The notes under the pieces: generated by a model
Seen by the model: the letters and a program-made list of their open reading frames with translations, nothing else
Database searches by the model: none
What the model was told of the DNA's origin: nothing
Origin: a virus
Taxonomy: Duplodnaviria > Caudoviricetes
IMG/VR virus record: IMGVR_UViG_3300025102_000027
Coordinates: 1 to 61,299 of that record
Reading direction: 5' to 3' (one strand)
DNA: 61,299 nt
Shown here: positions 1 through 9,950 of the stretch, in pieces
Numbering within the stretch: position 1 is the stretch's first letter
How the letters are laid out: each line of letters opens with the position of its first letter
Made by a program: the position numbers and the translations under genes

Positions 1-854
1 CTCAGGTCATCTTCAAACTTTTCAAAACTTGAAATAGAATTGAAGAATGCTGTTATAGCTCTTGCATTTGTTTCTTTGTTAACTAATTCAGGATGAAGTA
101 ATAAGAAGTTAATACATCTAGTATCTATACCTTCTTCTTCAGCCCATCTTGCCCATACGTTTACATCAAACTTTAGATTAGCAGTAATATATCTAGTCTT
201 TTGTGCAGAATCCACACTGTTGACCATATAATCACCGTTATCTGGATTTGAAGTTAAAACTATATGCCAATCTTCAGGTAATGTCCAAGATATATACTGT
301 TGTCTATCAACCAGCTCCATTACTGCTTGAATAAATCTAACATCAGCACGGTTCCAGTCATCAAGAAGAAGTATACCTCCCTTCTTTTTGTCAGCAATCC
401 ATTCTGGTGCACAATAAGACATTCTATTCTTACCGGTCATCTTCCATCCTTTTCTAAGATAGTCTTCAACGGCTAGTTCATCCACCCATTGTCCAACTTT
501 CTTAGTTATAGAAGCATTTGCAACCTGGGCAGATGCTGCAGCTCTTTGAGCTACTGTATAATTAAGATCATCAATCTTCTTTGTAACTTGTTTTTCAGTA
601 AACATCTGAAATTGTCTAACAGGAAAACCTACTAAATCACCTAATTCTTCTATCTGAGCTAAATTAAGTTTAACAAAATCTAAATCATTTTCTTTAGCTA
701 ATTGTATTACAGCTGAAGTTTTACCTATACCTGATTCACCAACTACTTCTACAGCAACTGGATTTTTTCCTTGTTCTTGAATAAATCTATTATTCTTTAT
801 TATATGGTTTACAAAACCGTTTAGTTCATCAATATTTAAATTTACTTGTGCCAT
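1..854 (-). CDS. MoxR-like AAA+ ATPase (3' end runs off window)
   Basis: Manual translation from ATG 854: MAQVNLNIDEL...VVGESGIGKT (Walker A)...ILLLDDWNRA (Walker B)...LTSNP; adjacent to a vWA gene. Confidence 0.85.
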   Translation of the reverse strand, partial: MAQVNLNIDELNGFVNHIIKNNRFIQEQGKNPVAVEVVGESGIGKTSAVIQLAKENDLDFVKLNLAQIEELGDLVGFPVRQFQMFTEKQVTKKIDDLNYTVAQRAAASAQVANASITKKVGQWVDELAVEDYLRKGWKMTGKNRMSYCAPEWIADKKKGGILLLDDWNRADVRFIQAVMELVDRQQYISWTLPEDWHIVLTSNPDNGDYMVNSVDSAQKTRYITANLKFDVNVWARWAEEEGIDTRCINFLLLHPELVNKETNARAITAFFNSISSFEKFEDDL

Positions 855-855
855 T

Positions 856-2022
856 TTAATGTGTGTTTAATTGTATTGTTTTTCCTGGTAAATGATCAGT
901 CCAATTAGACTCTGCACTAAGAACCCATAATGTGTTCTTTGGACAATTCTCTGGAGCTGGTGCTTCACCATCTGTTAAATATATAAGAGCTGTATAATAA
1001 CCTCTCTTTTCATTGAAATGATCAATAACAGGTTGAAAGCATGTACCTCCTCTACCTTTTATTTGCCAATCCTTTCTTTTATTAAATGGGGATATATCAC
1101 TAATATTTGTATCACACTGTGCTACAGTTATCTGATGTCCCGTTTTCTGAACATGAACCATTTCACTCATAAAATGTGTCAGTTCTTTCGTGTTAACAGA
1201 TCCTGAAGTATCAACACCAATCAAAATATGATTTTTGTGTTTTATCTTTAGACCTGGATTATCTGTATACCTTTTGTTGAATTTTCTTCTCAACTTCTTT
1301 GTGAAAGTAAACACGGAGTTACCCACAAATCTTTTTAAATAACCCTTCCAATCAAATGATGGAGGGAGCACGGTTCTTAGCTTACTAATTAATTCAGCTA
1401 ATTCACCTGGAATAGTTCCTCTTCTCTTTTCAGTTTGTTCTGCAGTTTCTTTTAGTTGATGCTCAATTTGTTTTTCAACTAACTTCTTCTCTGCTTCTGT
1501 AAGATCTTCAAACTCTTCCCATGTTTTATGATCATATTGGCTGTCACCATCCATCTGATTCAGTATAGATTCTAATGACTGACAAGGATTATCCTTGCAC
1601 TCTTGTTCCAATAAATCATAATACTTTTTAGTACCTGCTTTCTTTGGTAGCTTTAACTCTGGAAAACTATCTAAAGTTAATCCACCTTCAGGAAGCATGC
1701 TTGTACTTATATACTGATTGATCTCAAGATCTGCAGCAATATTAAACAACTTCTTATTAGGATAAAAGTCTCTCATCATAAGATGACCAAACGACACGTG
1801 GAGTAGTTCATGTTTAAGTAAACCTATCTGGTGTTGATCTGGTAACTTCATAAAGAAATCCGGGTTAATAGATAATTGTATACCTATACCATTTTTACTG
1901 ACACCCGCTGTTGGGACGTCTTTTCTTATTTTCTTGTTTAGTCCAATTAAAAAGAGCCCATAAAAGGGCTCTCTTAATATTAGTGACTTACAAGCTCTTG
2001 CTAGTTTATCTTGTATATCCAT
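856..2022 (-). CDS. Metallopeptidase-like + vWA domain protein (DUF2201-type), MoxR partner
   Basis: HELLH (HExxH), MIDAS DTSGS, GRGGT, LTDG; probable start MDIQDKL at 2022 rather than 2112. Confidence 0.85.
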   Translation of the reverse strand: MDIQDKLARACKSLILREPFYGLFLIGLNKKIRKDVPTAGVSKNGIGIQLSINPDFFMKLPDQHQIGLLKHELLHVSFGHLMMRDFYPNKKLFNIAADLEINQYISTSMLPEGGLTLDSFPELKLPKKAGTKKYYDLLEQECKDNPCQSLESILNQMDGDSQYDHKTWEEFEDLTEAEKKLVEKQIEHQLKETAEQTEKRRGTIPGELAELISKLRTVLPPSFDWKGYLKRFVGNSVFTFTKKLRRKFNKRYTDNPGLKIKHKNHILIGVDTSGSVNTKELTHFMSEMVHVQKTGHQITVAQCDTNISDISPFNKRKDWQIKGRGGTCFQPVIDHFNEKRGYYTALIYLTDGEAPAPENCPKNTLWVLSAESNWTDHLPGKTIQLNTH

Positions 2023-2023
2023 A

Positions 2024-2380
2024 TTATATTTTCCAATTAAGTTCAATTTTAACATCATTAATAAATGACCAAGTACCTTTAAAGACAGGAAGCATTTGTT
2101 CATGCACTTCAAATTCTATAATTTCTCTGTCATTATCATAAATACCTACAGTACTATTAACTTCTTTAAACATTTCATTCCATTCTTTAACAGCATAAGA
2201 ATCCAATTTAAACTTTTCACAAAAGCTTTGCCTTCTACCAAACATTAAAGATTTGGCAAACATCATCTTTATAATTGATGTTGTTTTTACATTTTTTATG
2301 TTCTCACATGCAACTTCAAAGTCTTCATCAGATGCATGGAGGAGTTCTCTTAATTTTTTATATTCTTCTAATTTAATCAT
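2024..2380 (-). CDS. Hypothetical protein
   Basis: 118-aa ORF tightly packed in the operon. Confidence 0.7.
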   Translation of the reverse strand: MIKLEEYKKLRELLHASDEDFEVACENIKNVKTTSIIKMMFAKSLMFGRRQSFCEKFKLDSYAVKEWNEMFKEVNSTVGIYDNDREIIEFEVHEQMLPVFKGTWSFINDVKIELNWKI

Positions 2381-2720
2381 TGATTTTCATTGTTTTAATC
2401 ATCCACAAAGGTAATTTTTTATTGTGCATATTATCCAACCATTCTTTTGCAGAGGGAATGTAATTATTACAATCCTCTCTTACATGCTGCTCTGCAACAT
2501 ATCTTGTATAAACAGGTTTACCATCTGAATTTGTAAATACAGGCCCAAACTTTCTTTCACATTCAAATATACCTTCACTGTGATGACGAAACATTCTGTG
2601 TAAGTGATTACCTACCCAACTTTTTGTTGCATCTAACCAATTATGTATATCTATGTAATCTTCAGGCCTCCCACCAAACTTCTTAACAGAAGAATTGGCA
2701 TGAATATTTGGATGTGCCAT
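2373..2720 (-). CDS. DUF6915-like His-rich protein
   Basis: MAHPxxHAxSSVKKFGG-PEDY..IHxWLD..HRMFRHHSEG..EQHVREDC pattern. Confidence 0.7.
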   Translation of the reverse strand: MAHPNIHANSSVKKFGGRPEDYIDIHNWLDATKSWVGNHLHRMFRHHSEGIFECERKFGPVFTNSDGKPVYTRYVAEQHVREDCNNYIPSAKEWLDNMHNKKLPLWMIKTMKIND

Positions 2721-3109
2721 TAAAAGAAATTTCTATCTTCAATACTGAAGTCTATGTCAGAATAATGGTGATCTTCTCTAACATTTTGTGAGTGATCAAT
2801 ATTAATTTTCCAAGGAGTTTTTGTACAATCAATATACATATAACCTTCTCCTCCATCATTATTAATCCAGTCCCACTCTATGTTATCATTAAGTAGATTA
2901 TATAATAAATCATCCCAATCTGATTCTATTTCATTATTCATTTTAACATCTATGTCTACTTGATCTCCACTTCCAGGATCTGTAACATAATAATGTGTTT
3001 CTTCTATACAACCATCATCACCTCCACCATGATAACGTACTTCTATTTTTGATATATTGTGATCTTTAATCACTTGAACTGCTAGATTTCTTTTTAGTTT
3101 TGTTTCCAT
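2720..3109 (-). CDS. DUF6878-like protein
   Basis: VRYHGGGDDGCIE and WDWINNDGGEG motifs; usual neighbour of DUF6915. Confidence 0.65.
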   Translation of the reverse strand: METKLKRNLAVQVIKDHNISKIEVRYHGGGDDGCIEETHYYVTDPGSGDQVDIDVKMNNEIESDWDDLLYNLLNDNIEWDWINNDGGEGYMYIDCTKTPWKINIDHSQNVREDHHYSDIDFSIEDRNFF

Positions 3110-3473
3110 TTTTAATTAACTTAATTTCTACACCGGGATTTTCCTTATTATATTCATAAGGTTCAAATATGGGTAGAATGTTTTCACAATTATCATCATC
3201 TATCCAATGATGTTTAACCATATCATCTTGCACTGTCTGTGCAGGATTAATATAATCAAACTTATGCTTGGATCCTCTGATGAATTTAAATGATATCTTT
3301 ACCGGTAATTCTAGTTTAGCTAATTGCTTCCTAAAACCTTTTCTAAACTGATCATAGTATTTAGCTGTTTCTTTTCTATACTTAGTTGTTGCTTTACTGG
3401 ACACGAAATATCTTCCTGTCCATCTTCTTCCATTTTTACTACTTGGTACGTTACCTGGTATAAACCATTTCAT
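3066..3473 (-). CDS. RusA-like Holliday junction resolvase
   Basis: PGNVPSSKN, FDYIN..QTVQDDM..WIDDDN, terminal PGVEI. Confidence 0.75.
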   Translation of the reverse strand: MKWFIPGNVPSSKNGRRWTGRYFVSSKATTKYRKETAKYYDQFRKGFRKQLAKLELPVKISFKFIRGSKHKFDYINPAQTVQDDMVKHHWIDDDNCENILPIFEPYEYNKENPGVEIKLIKNGNKTKKKSSSSSD

Positions 3474-4423
3474 AGAATACTTTTAAGTTTAACTTTAATT
3501 TCTTTATGAGCATCAGCAAAACCTTTCTCTTTTACAAGATCAGCAATGTCTTTGCTACTATCTAACCACGTGCCTGTAATGTCATACAACTGCTGATATT
3601 TAGTAACAGCATTGTGTCCGGCAACATCATTATCAAATAAAGTTACAACTTTTTTATACTTTTTCTTAAGATTTTCAATTATATACGGTTTTATTACAGT
3701 ATTCTCTGAGTCAGGTGCAATAACTTCAATATTGTATCCAAATTGCTTTAAACACATTGCATCTTTTAAAGAAGAACATATAATAAGATAAGGTTGATTA
3801 TATTCTAATTGATCTAATCCTTGAAGATGAGGTTTAACTTTTATGAATTTAAACTTCTTATTTCTTGGTTGGTAAATCTTATAAACCTCATTTTTAGTAA
3901 GGTAAGCATATATATAAGGTTGTTTTATAGTTATTTTGTTATCTTCTTTAACCATATGATAAAATTCAAGTGGTTTTACATTATATTTATTTAATATATC
4001 TTCACCTATGTTAAATTGTAACCAAAATCTTTTATCATATTCATTCCAATCTCTTATTTTTATACCATCAACTTTATATTTAGCTTCTGGTTTTATAGTA
4101 GATTGAGAATATTCACCTTTTTCTGTAATAAACTTATTATAATCTTGACCTATTTTAAATATTGCTTTAGAATAATCTATGCTAAACAATTCTTTAATTA
4201 AATCAATTTTATTACCTCCTTTACCTGTTGAAAAATCTTTAAACTTATATTGACCCTTGTCAACAAATACCCACATGCTTGGAGTTCTTTCTGATGGATG
4301 AAATACAGATTTAATCTGTACGTTCTGTCCATTCAGTCTTTCTGGTAAATCCAGATAGAACTCAAACACCCATGTACTTGGAACTTTAGATCCATCTAAT
4401 ATGAGATTTTTAGTACTTATCAT
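3470..4423 (-). CDS. DNA primase (crAss-type TOPRIM)
   Basis: HPSERTPS..FKDFSTG N-domain; SSLKD, LFDNDVAG, KDIAD. Confidence 0.8.
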   Translation of the reverse strand: MISTKNLILDGSKVPSTWVFEFYLDLPERLNGQNVQIKSVFHPSERTPSMWVFVDKGQYKFKDFSTGKGGNKIDLIKELFSIDYSKAIFKIGQDYNKFITEKGEYSQSTIKPEAKYKVDGIKIRDWNEYDKRFWLQFNIGEDILNKYNVKPLEFYHMVKEDNKITIKQPYIYAYLTKNEVYKIYQPRNKKFKFIKVKPHLQGLDQLEYNQPYLIICSSLKDAMCLKQFGYNIEVIAPDSENTVIKPYIIENLKKKYKKVVTLFDNDVAGHNAVTKYQQLYDITGTWLDSSKDIADLVKEKGFADAHKEIKVKLKSIL

Positions 4424-4431
4424 CTTTACTT

Positions 4432-4470
4432 AAAATAGAAAAGGGCAGCCGATTCCGGATCTGCCCCTCT
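4432..4470 (-). terminator. Intrinsic terminator
   Basis: Minus strand GGGCAG-12nt-CTGCCC followed by TTTTCTATTTT. Confidence 0.7.
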
Positions 4471-4496
4471 CTTGTTAACTTAATAATTATTAATTA

Positions 4497-5207
4497 TTAA
4501 AGCTCAAAATCATCACCTGATCCTGAGTTTGCTTTAAATGGAGTTTCTACACCATTAGATGGAGCATCTTTTTTAACTAAAGCTTTAACATGTACAGCAC
4601 GATCAAACTTAAGTAATCTAGAATTCTCTTTATCTAACATTTCCATAGCAATACCATCTTTAGATATACGTGGCAAGAAAAGATCATTATTTATATAACC
4701 TTCTTTATTTTCCCACTCACGACCACCTATACACATATTAATAAGTTTAGAACCTCCCATTAAATCATCACATTCTTTCATAAAATCTTCAATAGTTTGT
4801 GCATTTATAGAATCTAATCCATCTCTCATCTCTAATGTTTCAGCTAAAGTAATCATGTGCTTTAAGATCTCTTGATCTCTGCTAATTTCTCTACCACTTG
4901 GTAATGTAGTGTCTTTAAATGGAAAAGGACTAATTCTTACTCTACCAATTTGGCCATCATATCTACCTTTAGATTGATCATTATAGTCTCTAAAGAAACC
5001 TTCAAAGTCACCTCCAATAGGTGCAGTTTCTATGTGTAAATGTATATTGTATGAATCAGCATCATACGGAGTTTGATCTAATGTAATAGAATTAATTTTT
5101 ACTACATGGTTTCCTGGATCTAATACAGGTTTTGTACGTCCGCTTCCTGCAGACATGTCTTTAGTATTTAACATAACTTTCTTATTTTTTAAATTTGTTT
5201 CACTCAT
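4497..5207 (-). CDS. Putative ssDNA-binding/recombination protein
   Basis: Downstream of Sak4-like ATPase; PGNHVVKINSI start, acidic-aromatic C-tail DDFEL. Confidence 0.5.
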   Translation of the reverse strand: MSETNLKNKKVMLNTKDMSAGSGRTKPVLDPGNHVVKINSITLDQTPYDADSYNIHLHIETAPIGGDFEGFFRDYNDQSKGRYDGQIGRVRISPFPFKDTTLPSGREISRDQEILKHMITLAETLEMRDGLDSINAQTIEDFMKECDDLMGGSKLINMCIGGREWENKEGYINNDLFLPRISKDGIAMEMLDKENSRLLKFDRAVHVKALVKKDAPSNGVETPFKANSGSGDDFEL

Positions 5208-5212
5208 CTTAA

Positions 5213-5896
5213 TTAATTTTCATATTCAATAATTGCATTTTTAACAACTTTTAATGAATTATCTATACGTGCATCATCAAACATTCCTGCTGGTGATTTA
5301 CAAGTATTTTCTCCATTATTAGTTGTTTCAAATACATAACTTAACTTATCATTTTCATCTTTGACAACTTTACCAAAGAGAACTATAGAAAATAGACCTT
5401 CCAAAGTTAATGTATTATCTATCATTTTACCAATAGTTTTTGCTTTAACTTTTCTGTGTCCATTCACGTCTGTTGATTCTTCTGAATGTGTCAAAAAGAA
5501 TATATATAAATCATCTCTCATATCTTTAGGTAATTTAGCTACTTGTGCTAAATTAGCTGCAATTTGAGTAAATTTATCATATCCTTTTTCATTAGCTCTG
5601 TCAAAGTATTCAAAACTTGACATATATTGCCAATCATCTATTACTAGATTCTTTATATGAGGCATTTTATCATTAACATGCATCATAGCTTTTATAATTC
5701 CTGCAGAACTAGACACTGGTGTCATATTTCCTTTTTGATTATCTTTGCTAATTGCTGTATAATTCTTTTTCCATCCTTTGAATGGTAAAGGTTTATTTGC
5801 AATGTTAATAATAAATGTCTCTTTAGGATCTAAATCCCTAATTGATGTTGATTTACCTGACCCGGAGTCAGCTATAACTAATACACTTTGTGCCAT
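5213..5896 (-). CDS. Sak4-like / AAA_24 P-loop ATPase
   Basis: ADSGSGKST, KPLPFKG, LVIDDWQY, KTIGKMID, CKSPAGMF. Confidence 0.8.
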   Translation of the reverse strand: MAQSVLVIADSGSGKSTSIRDLDPKETFIINIANKPLPFKGWKKNYTAISKDNQKGNMTPVSSSAGIIKAMMHVNDKMPHIKNLVIDDWQYMSSFEYFDRANEKGYDKFTQIAANLAQVAKLPKDMRDDLYIFFLTHSEESTDVNGHRKVKAKTIGKMIDNTLTLEGLFSIVLFGKVVKDENDKLSYVFETTNNGENTCKSPAGMFDDARIDNSLKVVKNAIIEYEN

Positions 5897-6375
5897 TATT
5901 TACGGTTTATTAATTTTTTGTTTATACTTAATAATGCTCTTTCAATTCCAATAAGAACATCTACTATTTCTCTATTTTCTGGATCTTTAATAAATTCTGG
6001 TTCCTTAATAGGTGAATTTCTATCAGTAACATCATTCATTACTTTTAATTCAGATACAGGTACAATATGTCTTTCAAATCCTGAACTACTTGTTACTTTT
6101 TCATATTCTTCAGCCCAATGATCATTATGTTTTAATAAATATAATGTTCTTTTAGAATCTTCTGAATCATATTCAATACTAACAAATTCTGTGTAAATAT
6201 CTTTACCTTTTTGTAATTCACTTGGAAAGAAAGATACATGTAACTCATCTTTTCCTGATGGTCTATATGCCATCTTTGGTATATATAGTGCATTTATATT
6301 TCCAGATATTTGGAAATAATCTTCATGCTCTTTTCTTAATTCTAATACTTTTGCTTTACGCTCTTGTGGTGTCAT
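5896..6375 (-). CDS. Hypothetical protein
   Basis: 159-aa ORF coupled to neighbours. Confidence 0.75.
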   Translation of the reverse strand: MTPQERKAKVLELRKEHEDYFQISGNINALYIPKMAYRPSGKDELHVSFFPSELQKGKDIYTEFVSIEYDSEDSKRTLYLLKHNDHWAEEYEKVTSSSGFERHIVPVSELKVMNDVTDRNSPIKEPEFIKDPENREIVDVLIGIERALLSINKKLINRK

Positions 6376-6378
6376 ATA

Positions 6379-7335
6379 TTATCTTCTTTGTTCTTGAGGT
6401 GGTGTATCCATCTCAGTTATTTGCATTCTTTCAAATTCTGCTTTGAAAAAACTCATTCTTGTATCACCATTTCTTGCTTTTAGAAAGTGTAATACTAAAG
6501 TTCTGTCATTTTCTATTATATATCTATCAGGTCCATAATATCTAATCTTTTGTTTAGCAGGCCGATTGATACCTATTAAAGTATCAGCATGTTGTAACAT
6601 TGCATCTGAACCAAATATATCTGATTCTAATACATAGTTACCATACTTACCATTTACTGCTCTATCTGGATTATCTATATTTCTATTTAATTGTGATAAA
6701 CATATAAACATACAAGGGTAATCTCTTTTACATTGAGTAAAAAATTCACCTAATTCAAATAACATATCTAATCTGTTATTCTGATACGGTGCTCTTTTTA
6801 CTAAAATGCTATGATCAAGAGTTATAATAGTCTTCTTACCTTGATGTAAGTTCATATATATATCTACTTGATCTCTCATTTGGTTAACAGTCATTGGTGT
6901 AGTAATAATATCTACAGGACTTTTAATTCTATCTTTAGCATATATATGACATTTGTCAAATGTATCTTTAGATAAAGTAGTTCCTGCACTACACAGTTCT
7001 TTATAAGTTTTACCAGTTAAAGATGAAAACTCTCTTAATGCTGTAGTTCTACCCACCATTTCAAAACTAAATTCTAATACTCTATAGTCTTCAGCTGGAT
7101 TTAGAATGAAAGACTCTCTTACTATCTGATCCTTGATCAAAGTTTTACCTGATCCAGGACGTCCCCCGATGACTGTAAGTGTATTCCATTCTAATCCCTC
7201 TGTTATAGCATCATTAAATTTAGGCCATGGAGTTTGTATAGATTTCTCTTGTCCACTTTGCCTAGCAAGCATATATTTTAAAGCTTCATTAAAAGATTGA
7301 TATTGTCCATCCCATGCTGGTTTAATCTTACTCAT
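6379..7335 (-). CDS. DnaB-like replicative helicase (C-terminal domain only)
   Basis: GGRPGSGKT, SFEM, TLDH, LSQLNR, KARNG. Confidence 0.9.
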   Translation of the reverse strand: MSKIKPAWDGQYQSFNEALKYMLARQSGQEKSIQTPWPKFNDAITEGLEWNTLTVIGGRPGSGKTLIKDQIVRESFILNPAEDYRVLEFSFEMVGRTTALREFSSLTGKTYKELCSAGTTLSKDTFDKCHIYAKDRIKSPVDIITTPMTVNQMRDQVDIYMNLHQGKKTIITLDHSILVKRAPYQNNRLDMLFELGEFFTQCKRDYPCMFICLSQLNRNIDNPDRAVNGKYGNYVLESDIFGSDAMLQHADTLIGINRPAKQKIRYYGPDRYIIENDRTLVLHFLKARNGDTRMSFFKAEFERMQITEMDTPPQEQRR

Positions 7336-7931
7336 ACTACTTTTTCTTTAAATGGTTGATTATCATCTAGTTCTACACCATCTTTAATCATATCACAATA
7401 ATCAGCTAGTTCAGAATGCTTTACTTTATATTTATCTGTTTTACATATAAAATATTGACTTGTTTTCATATACATATAGTCTTTATCTTTATACTCATTT
7501 ACATACATGACTGTTGCATGTGCAACTTGTTCCCATGTATAATCATATGTTTCAAAAAACCATCTAAATGCATTTTCTAATGTTTTAACATTTTGTCTAC
7601 CTGGTTTACCACTTGGTAATTTACCTGCAGGCCATGCTTCTCTATATGTTTTAAGCATGTCCACATATCCTTTACCTAATAACTGTGTAGTAGTTCTTTT
7701 TTTAGAAACTTTAAAGTATTGATTGTATTTAACACAAATGCTTTTACCTTTTGGTGTTATTGAATACATTGGTCCTTCTTTATATACTACCAAACCTAAT
7801 TTAATTAATGTTCCTACATCATATTGTTTATTCTGTATAGGAAAAGAAATACTATTCTTTATCCCATACAAGAGAAGTAATTGGTTCGGTGTAAGCTTGT
7901 CTTTTAATATCTTCTGGAATAGCTCTAACAT
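7332..7931 (-). CDS. Putative replication initiator/helicase loader (wHTH)
   Basis: wHTH-like N-terminus (LIKLGLV..YSITPKG), YREAWP, YMKTSQYFI; directly upstream of helicase. Confidence 0.5.
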   Translation of the reverse strand: MLELFQKILKDKLTPNQLLLLYGIKNSISFPIQNKQYDVGTLIKLGLVVYKEGPMYSITPKGKSICVKYNQYFKVSKKRTTTQLLGKGYVDMLKTYREAWPAGKLPSGKPGRQNVKTLENAFRWFFETYDYTWEQVAHATVMYVNEYKDKDYMYMKTSQYFICKTDKYKVKHSELADYCDMIKDGVELDDNQPFKEKVV

Positions 7932-8403
7932 AATTCTTAATATTTTTTTTTAGTTCATCATATGCCTCACATACTTGAGGATCACCTATTTCTAATAAAC
8001 CTTGTGTTTGTTTAATACTATGTATCACACTTGCATGATGTTTATTAATGTGTGCCCCTGTGTATTGTAATGTAAAACCCATTTTATTACACATAAAACA
8101 AAAGAGTTGTTTGAATATTACAAATTCTCTTTTTCTGCACTCTTTTCCAAGAGTTCTCCATCCTTTATATTCTGGATATAGTGTACGCATTGTACCTAAT
8201 ACTAATTTTTCAAGTATTTCTACTGTTTTAATTTGATGGGCTGATTTCATTGCTTGTATTTCATCTTCCCATGTTTTAACATCTACAACGATGTCTGACT
8301 TATCACTTATAAGTATACTAATATTTTTTTCATACTTTGATTCAAATTTGTTTTTAAACTTTTGAATCTCATTGGTCATTTTTAAAATATCCTCTTGAAA
8401 CAT
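7852..8403 (-). CDS. DnaA domain IV-like HTH protein
   Basis: REFVIFKQLFCF..TGAHINKHHASVIHSIK resembles DnaA C-terminal R..V..RQ..MY..IG..F.RDHTTVLHA. Confidence 0.6.
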   Translation of the reverse strand: MFQEDILKMTNEIQKFKNKFESKYEKNISILISDKSDIVVDVKTWEDEIQAMKSAHQIKTVEILEKLVLGTMRTLYPEYKGWRTLGKECRKREFVIFKQLFCFMCNKMGFTLQYTGAHINKHHASVIHSIKQTQGLLEIGDPQVCEAYDELKKNIKNYVRAIPEDIKRQAYTEPITSLVWDKE

Positions 8404-8424
8404 ATTGATTTATTTTAAGGTTTG

Positions 8425-8452
8425 TAAAGATACTAAATTTATTGTATCTTTA
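8425..8452. promoter_or_regulatory. Inverted repeat between divergent genes
   Basis: TAAAGATAC-10nt-GTATCTTTA between starts at 8403(-) and 8475(+). Confidence 0.55.
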
Positions 8453-8474
8453 TGTATAATTAAATACTATTATA

Positions 8475-8972
8475 ATGGCTAAAAAGAAAAAAACTAAAAA
8501 AGAAGAACCTTTAAAAGATCCAAAAATTTTAACTACTGAAGACAGAGAAAAAGCTGTCAAAAAAATGAATGAACTTTCAGGTTCTCAAGTGCTTACACTT
8601 CCTGATGAAGCAATTATTAATATTCCTGTATCAGGATTCTTTAAAAAATCTGTTGAAGGTGTTATGTATTATCTTTTAGAAGATTTAAATGCAACACAAA
8701 TAATACACGTTATGGAAAGAGTTAAAACAGGTTTTAAAGATATTGATCCTGAAACTGTTACAAGTAGAGAAAAAGCACTTTGGTGTATTATGACTCTTTT
8801 ATCTGAAATACATTGGCAAGCTGATGCTCAAGGTAAAAATGAAGTACAAGATCAAACAGTTGGTAATTCTATTGCAAGTTTTATTTCTGGAATAGAAGGT
8901 GCAAGTAAAGAAATAGGTAAAGAAATAGAAAAAATTCAAAAATCTAAAGAAGATAAATCTAACGAAGATTAA
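8475..8972 (+). CDS. Hypothetical protein, lone plus-strand gene in early arm
   Basis: 165-aa ORF with phage-like codon use, convergent with 8959..9342. Confidence 0.75.
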   Translation: MAKKKKTKKEEPLKDPKILTTEDREKAVKKMNELSGSQVLTLPDEAIINIPVSGFFKKSVEGVMYYLLEDLNATQIIHVMERVKTGFKDIDPETVTSREKALWCIMTLLSEIHWQADAQGKNEVQDQTVGNSIASFISGIEGASKEIGKEIEKIQKSKEDKSNED

Positions 8973-9342
8973 TTCCTGAAAAGTCACCTATCTCAATTAA
9001 TTCTTGAATTACAAGATTTAATTCAGATTTATTACACTTAGCAAAAGATTTGCAGTACTCTGATCCCCCCTTGTTTATGCAGAGTCCTGCTTTTCTTTTG
9101 ACTTGTAGTTTCATTTCACCAAAACTATATCCTATGTCATTAGCTAGTTCTCTAATCATAGCATGAATCTTTGCAATTTGTGCAGCAGTTCCATTCTCAC
9201 TAGATATACTAGCAAATATTTCTATTTTAGTTTCTTCAGGTAACTCTTTAATCCAATTTTCATAAAGAGTTCCTTTAGCTTTTATAGTGTGAATGAGTTT
9301 TCCATCCACTTTTTTTAATATTGAAAAGAAATTATTTTTCAA
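8959..9342 (-). CDS. NinB-like recombination protein
   Basis: TAAQIAKIHAMIRELANDIGYSFGEMK..KSFAKCNKSEL pattern; TTG start. Confidence 0.55.
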   Translation of the reverse strand: MKNNFFSILKKVDGKLIHTIKAKGTLYENWIKELPEETKIEIFASISSENGTAAQIAKIHAMIRELANDIGYSFGEMKLQVKRKAGLCINKGGSEYCKSFAKCNKSELNLVIQELIEIGDFSGINLR

Positions 9343-9417
9343 AATATAAATGTTAATACTATTGTTAATACAAATATAATTATAACAATATATGGTAAAT
9401 TTTCTTCTATCATATCA

Positions 9418-9678
9418 TTAAGAATTTTCATGATTTTCTGTTATTTCTTTTTCTATTTCATACATGACATCAGGACATAATTCATAGAAAAAATTAGCCA
9501 TATCAACTTGTTCATCAGTTGACATATTTATTTCATCATTCCATAAGTAAACAGCATGTACTTCTACTGTTGATCCTGTACCAGGATAATCATGCGTAGC
9601 TGGTTCAGCTGGCACGTAATTATATTCTATATCTAGATCCCATTCATTTATTTTTTTTGAGTACGTATTCCTTGGCAT
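9418..9678 (-). CDS. Hypothetical protein
   Basis: 86 aa; YNYVPAEPATHDYPG motif common in small phage proteins. Confidence 0.7.
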   Translation of the reverse strand: MPRNTYSKKINEWDLDIEYNYVPAEPATHDYPGTGSTVEVHAVYLWNDEINMSTDEQVDMANFFYELCPDVMYEIEKEITENHENS

Positions 9679-9796
9679 TTTTCTTTTTTTTATTATCTAT
9701 ATTATTCTCTTTAAACCAAATGTTCATAAATTCATGCGGTGTACCTTGAAAATCTCTACGTATCATTTCAAGATATATTTCTTTCATTAATCCCAT
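9644..9796 (-). CDS. Small hypothetical protein (50 aa, not in ORF track)
   Basis: Manual translation MGLMKEIYLEMIRRDFQGTPHEFMNIWFKENNIDNKKKKNAKEYVLKKNK fills the gap between genes. Confidence 0.6.
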   Translation of the reverse strand: MGLMKEIYLEMIRRDFQGTPHEFMNIWFKENNIDNKKKKNAKEYVLKKNK

Positions 9797-9950
9797 TTTT
9801 AATATTTTTTAACATTAAACGTGCAGGAAGTACTTTAGTAAAATTACAAGTTGTACAACACCTTCCTTCTTTATTATATAATGGTGATGGATTATGTCCA
9901 TAACCTTCAAATTCTTCTTTACATATGCAACAATTTTTATTTTCTTCCAT
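9768..9950 (-). CDS. Small Zn-finger protein
   Basis: CCIC..GYGHNPSP..GRCCTTCN. Confidence 0.7.
   Translation of the reverse strand: MEENKNCCICKEEFEGYGHNPSPLYNKEGRCCTTCNFTKVLPARLMLKNIKNGINERNIS

Noticed and set aside
3470-4423. Primase lacking the TOPRIM EG motif (SSLKD) as a pseudogene
   Set aside because: ORF is intact with DxD retained; to my knowledge this variant is usual in crAss-like primases
9339-9417. Hydrophobic frame DRENLPYIVIIIFVLTIVLTFIF after two stops
   Set aside because: No in-frame start codon; may be a frameshifted remnant or chance in AT-rich DNA
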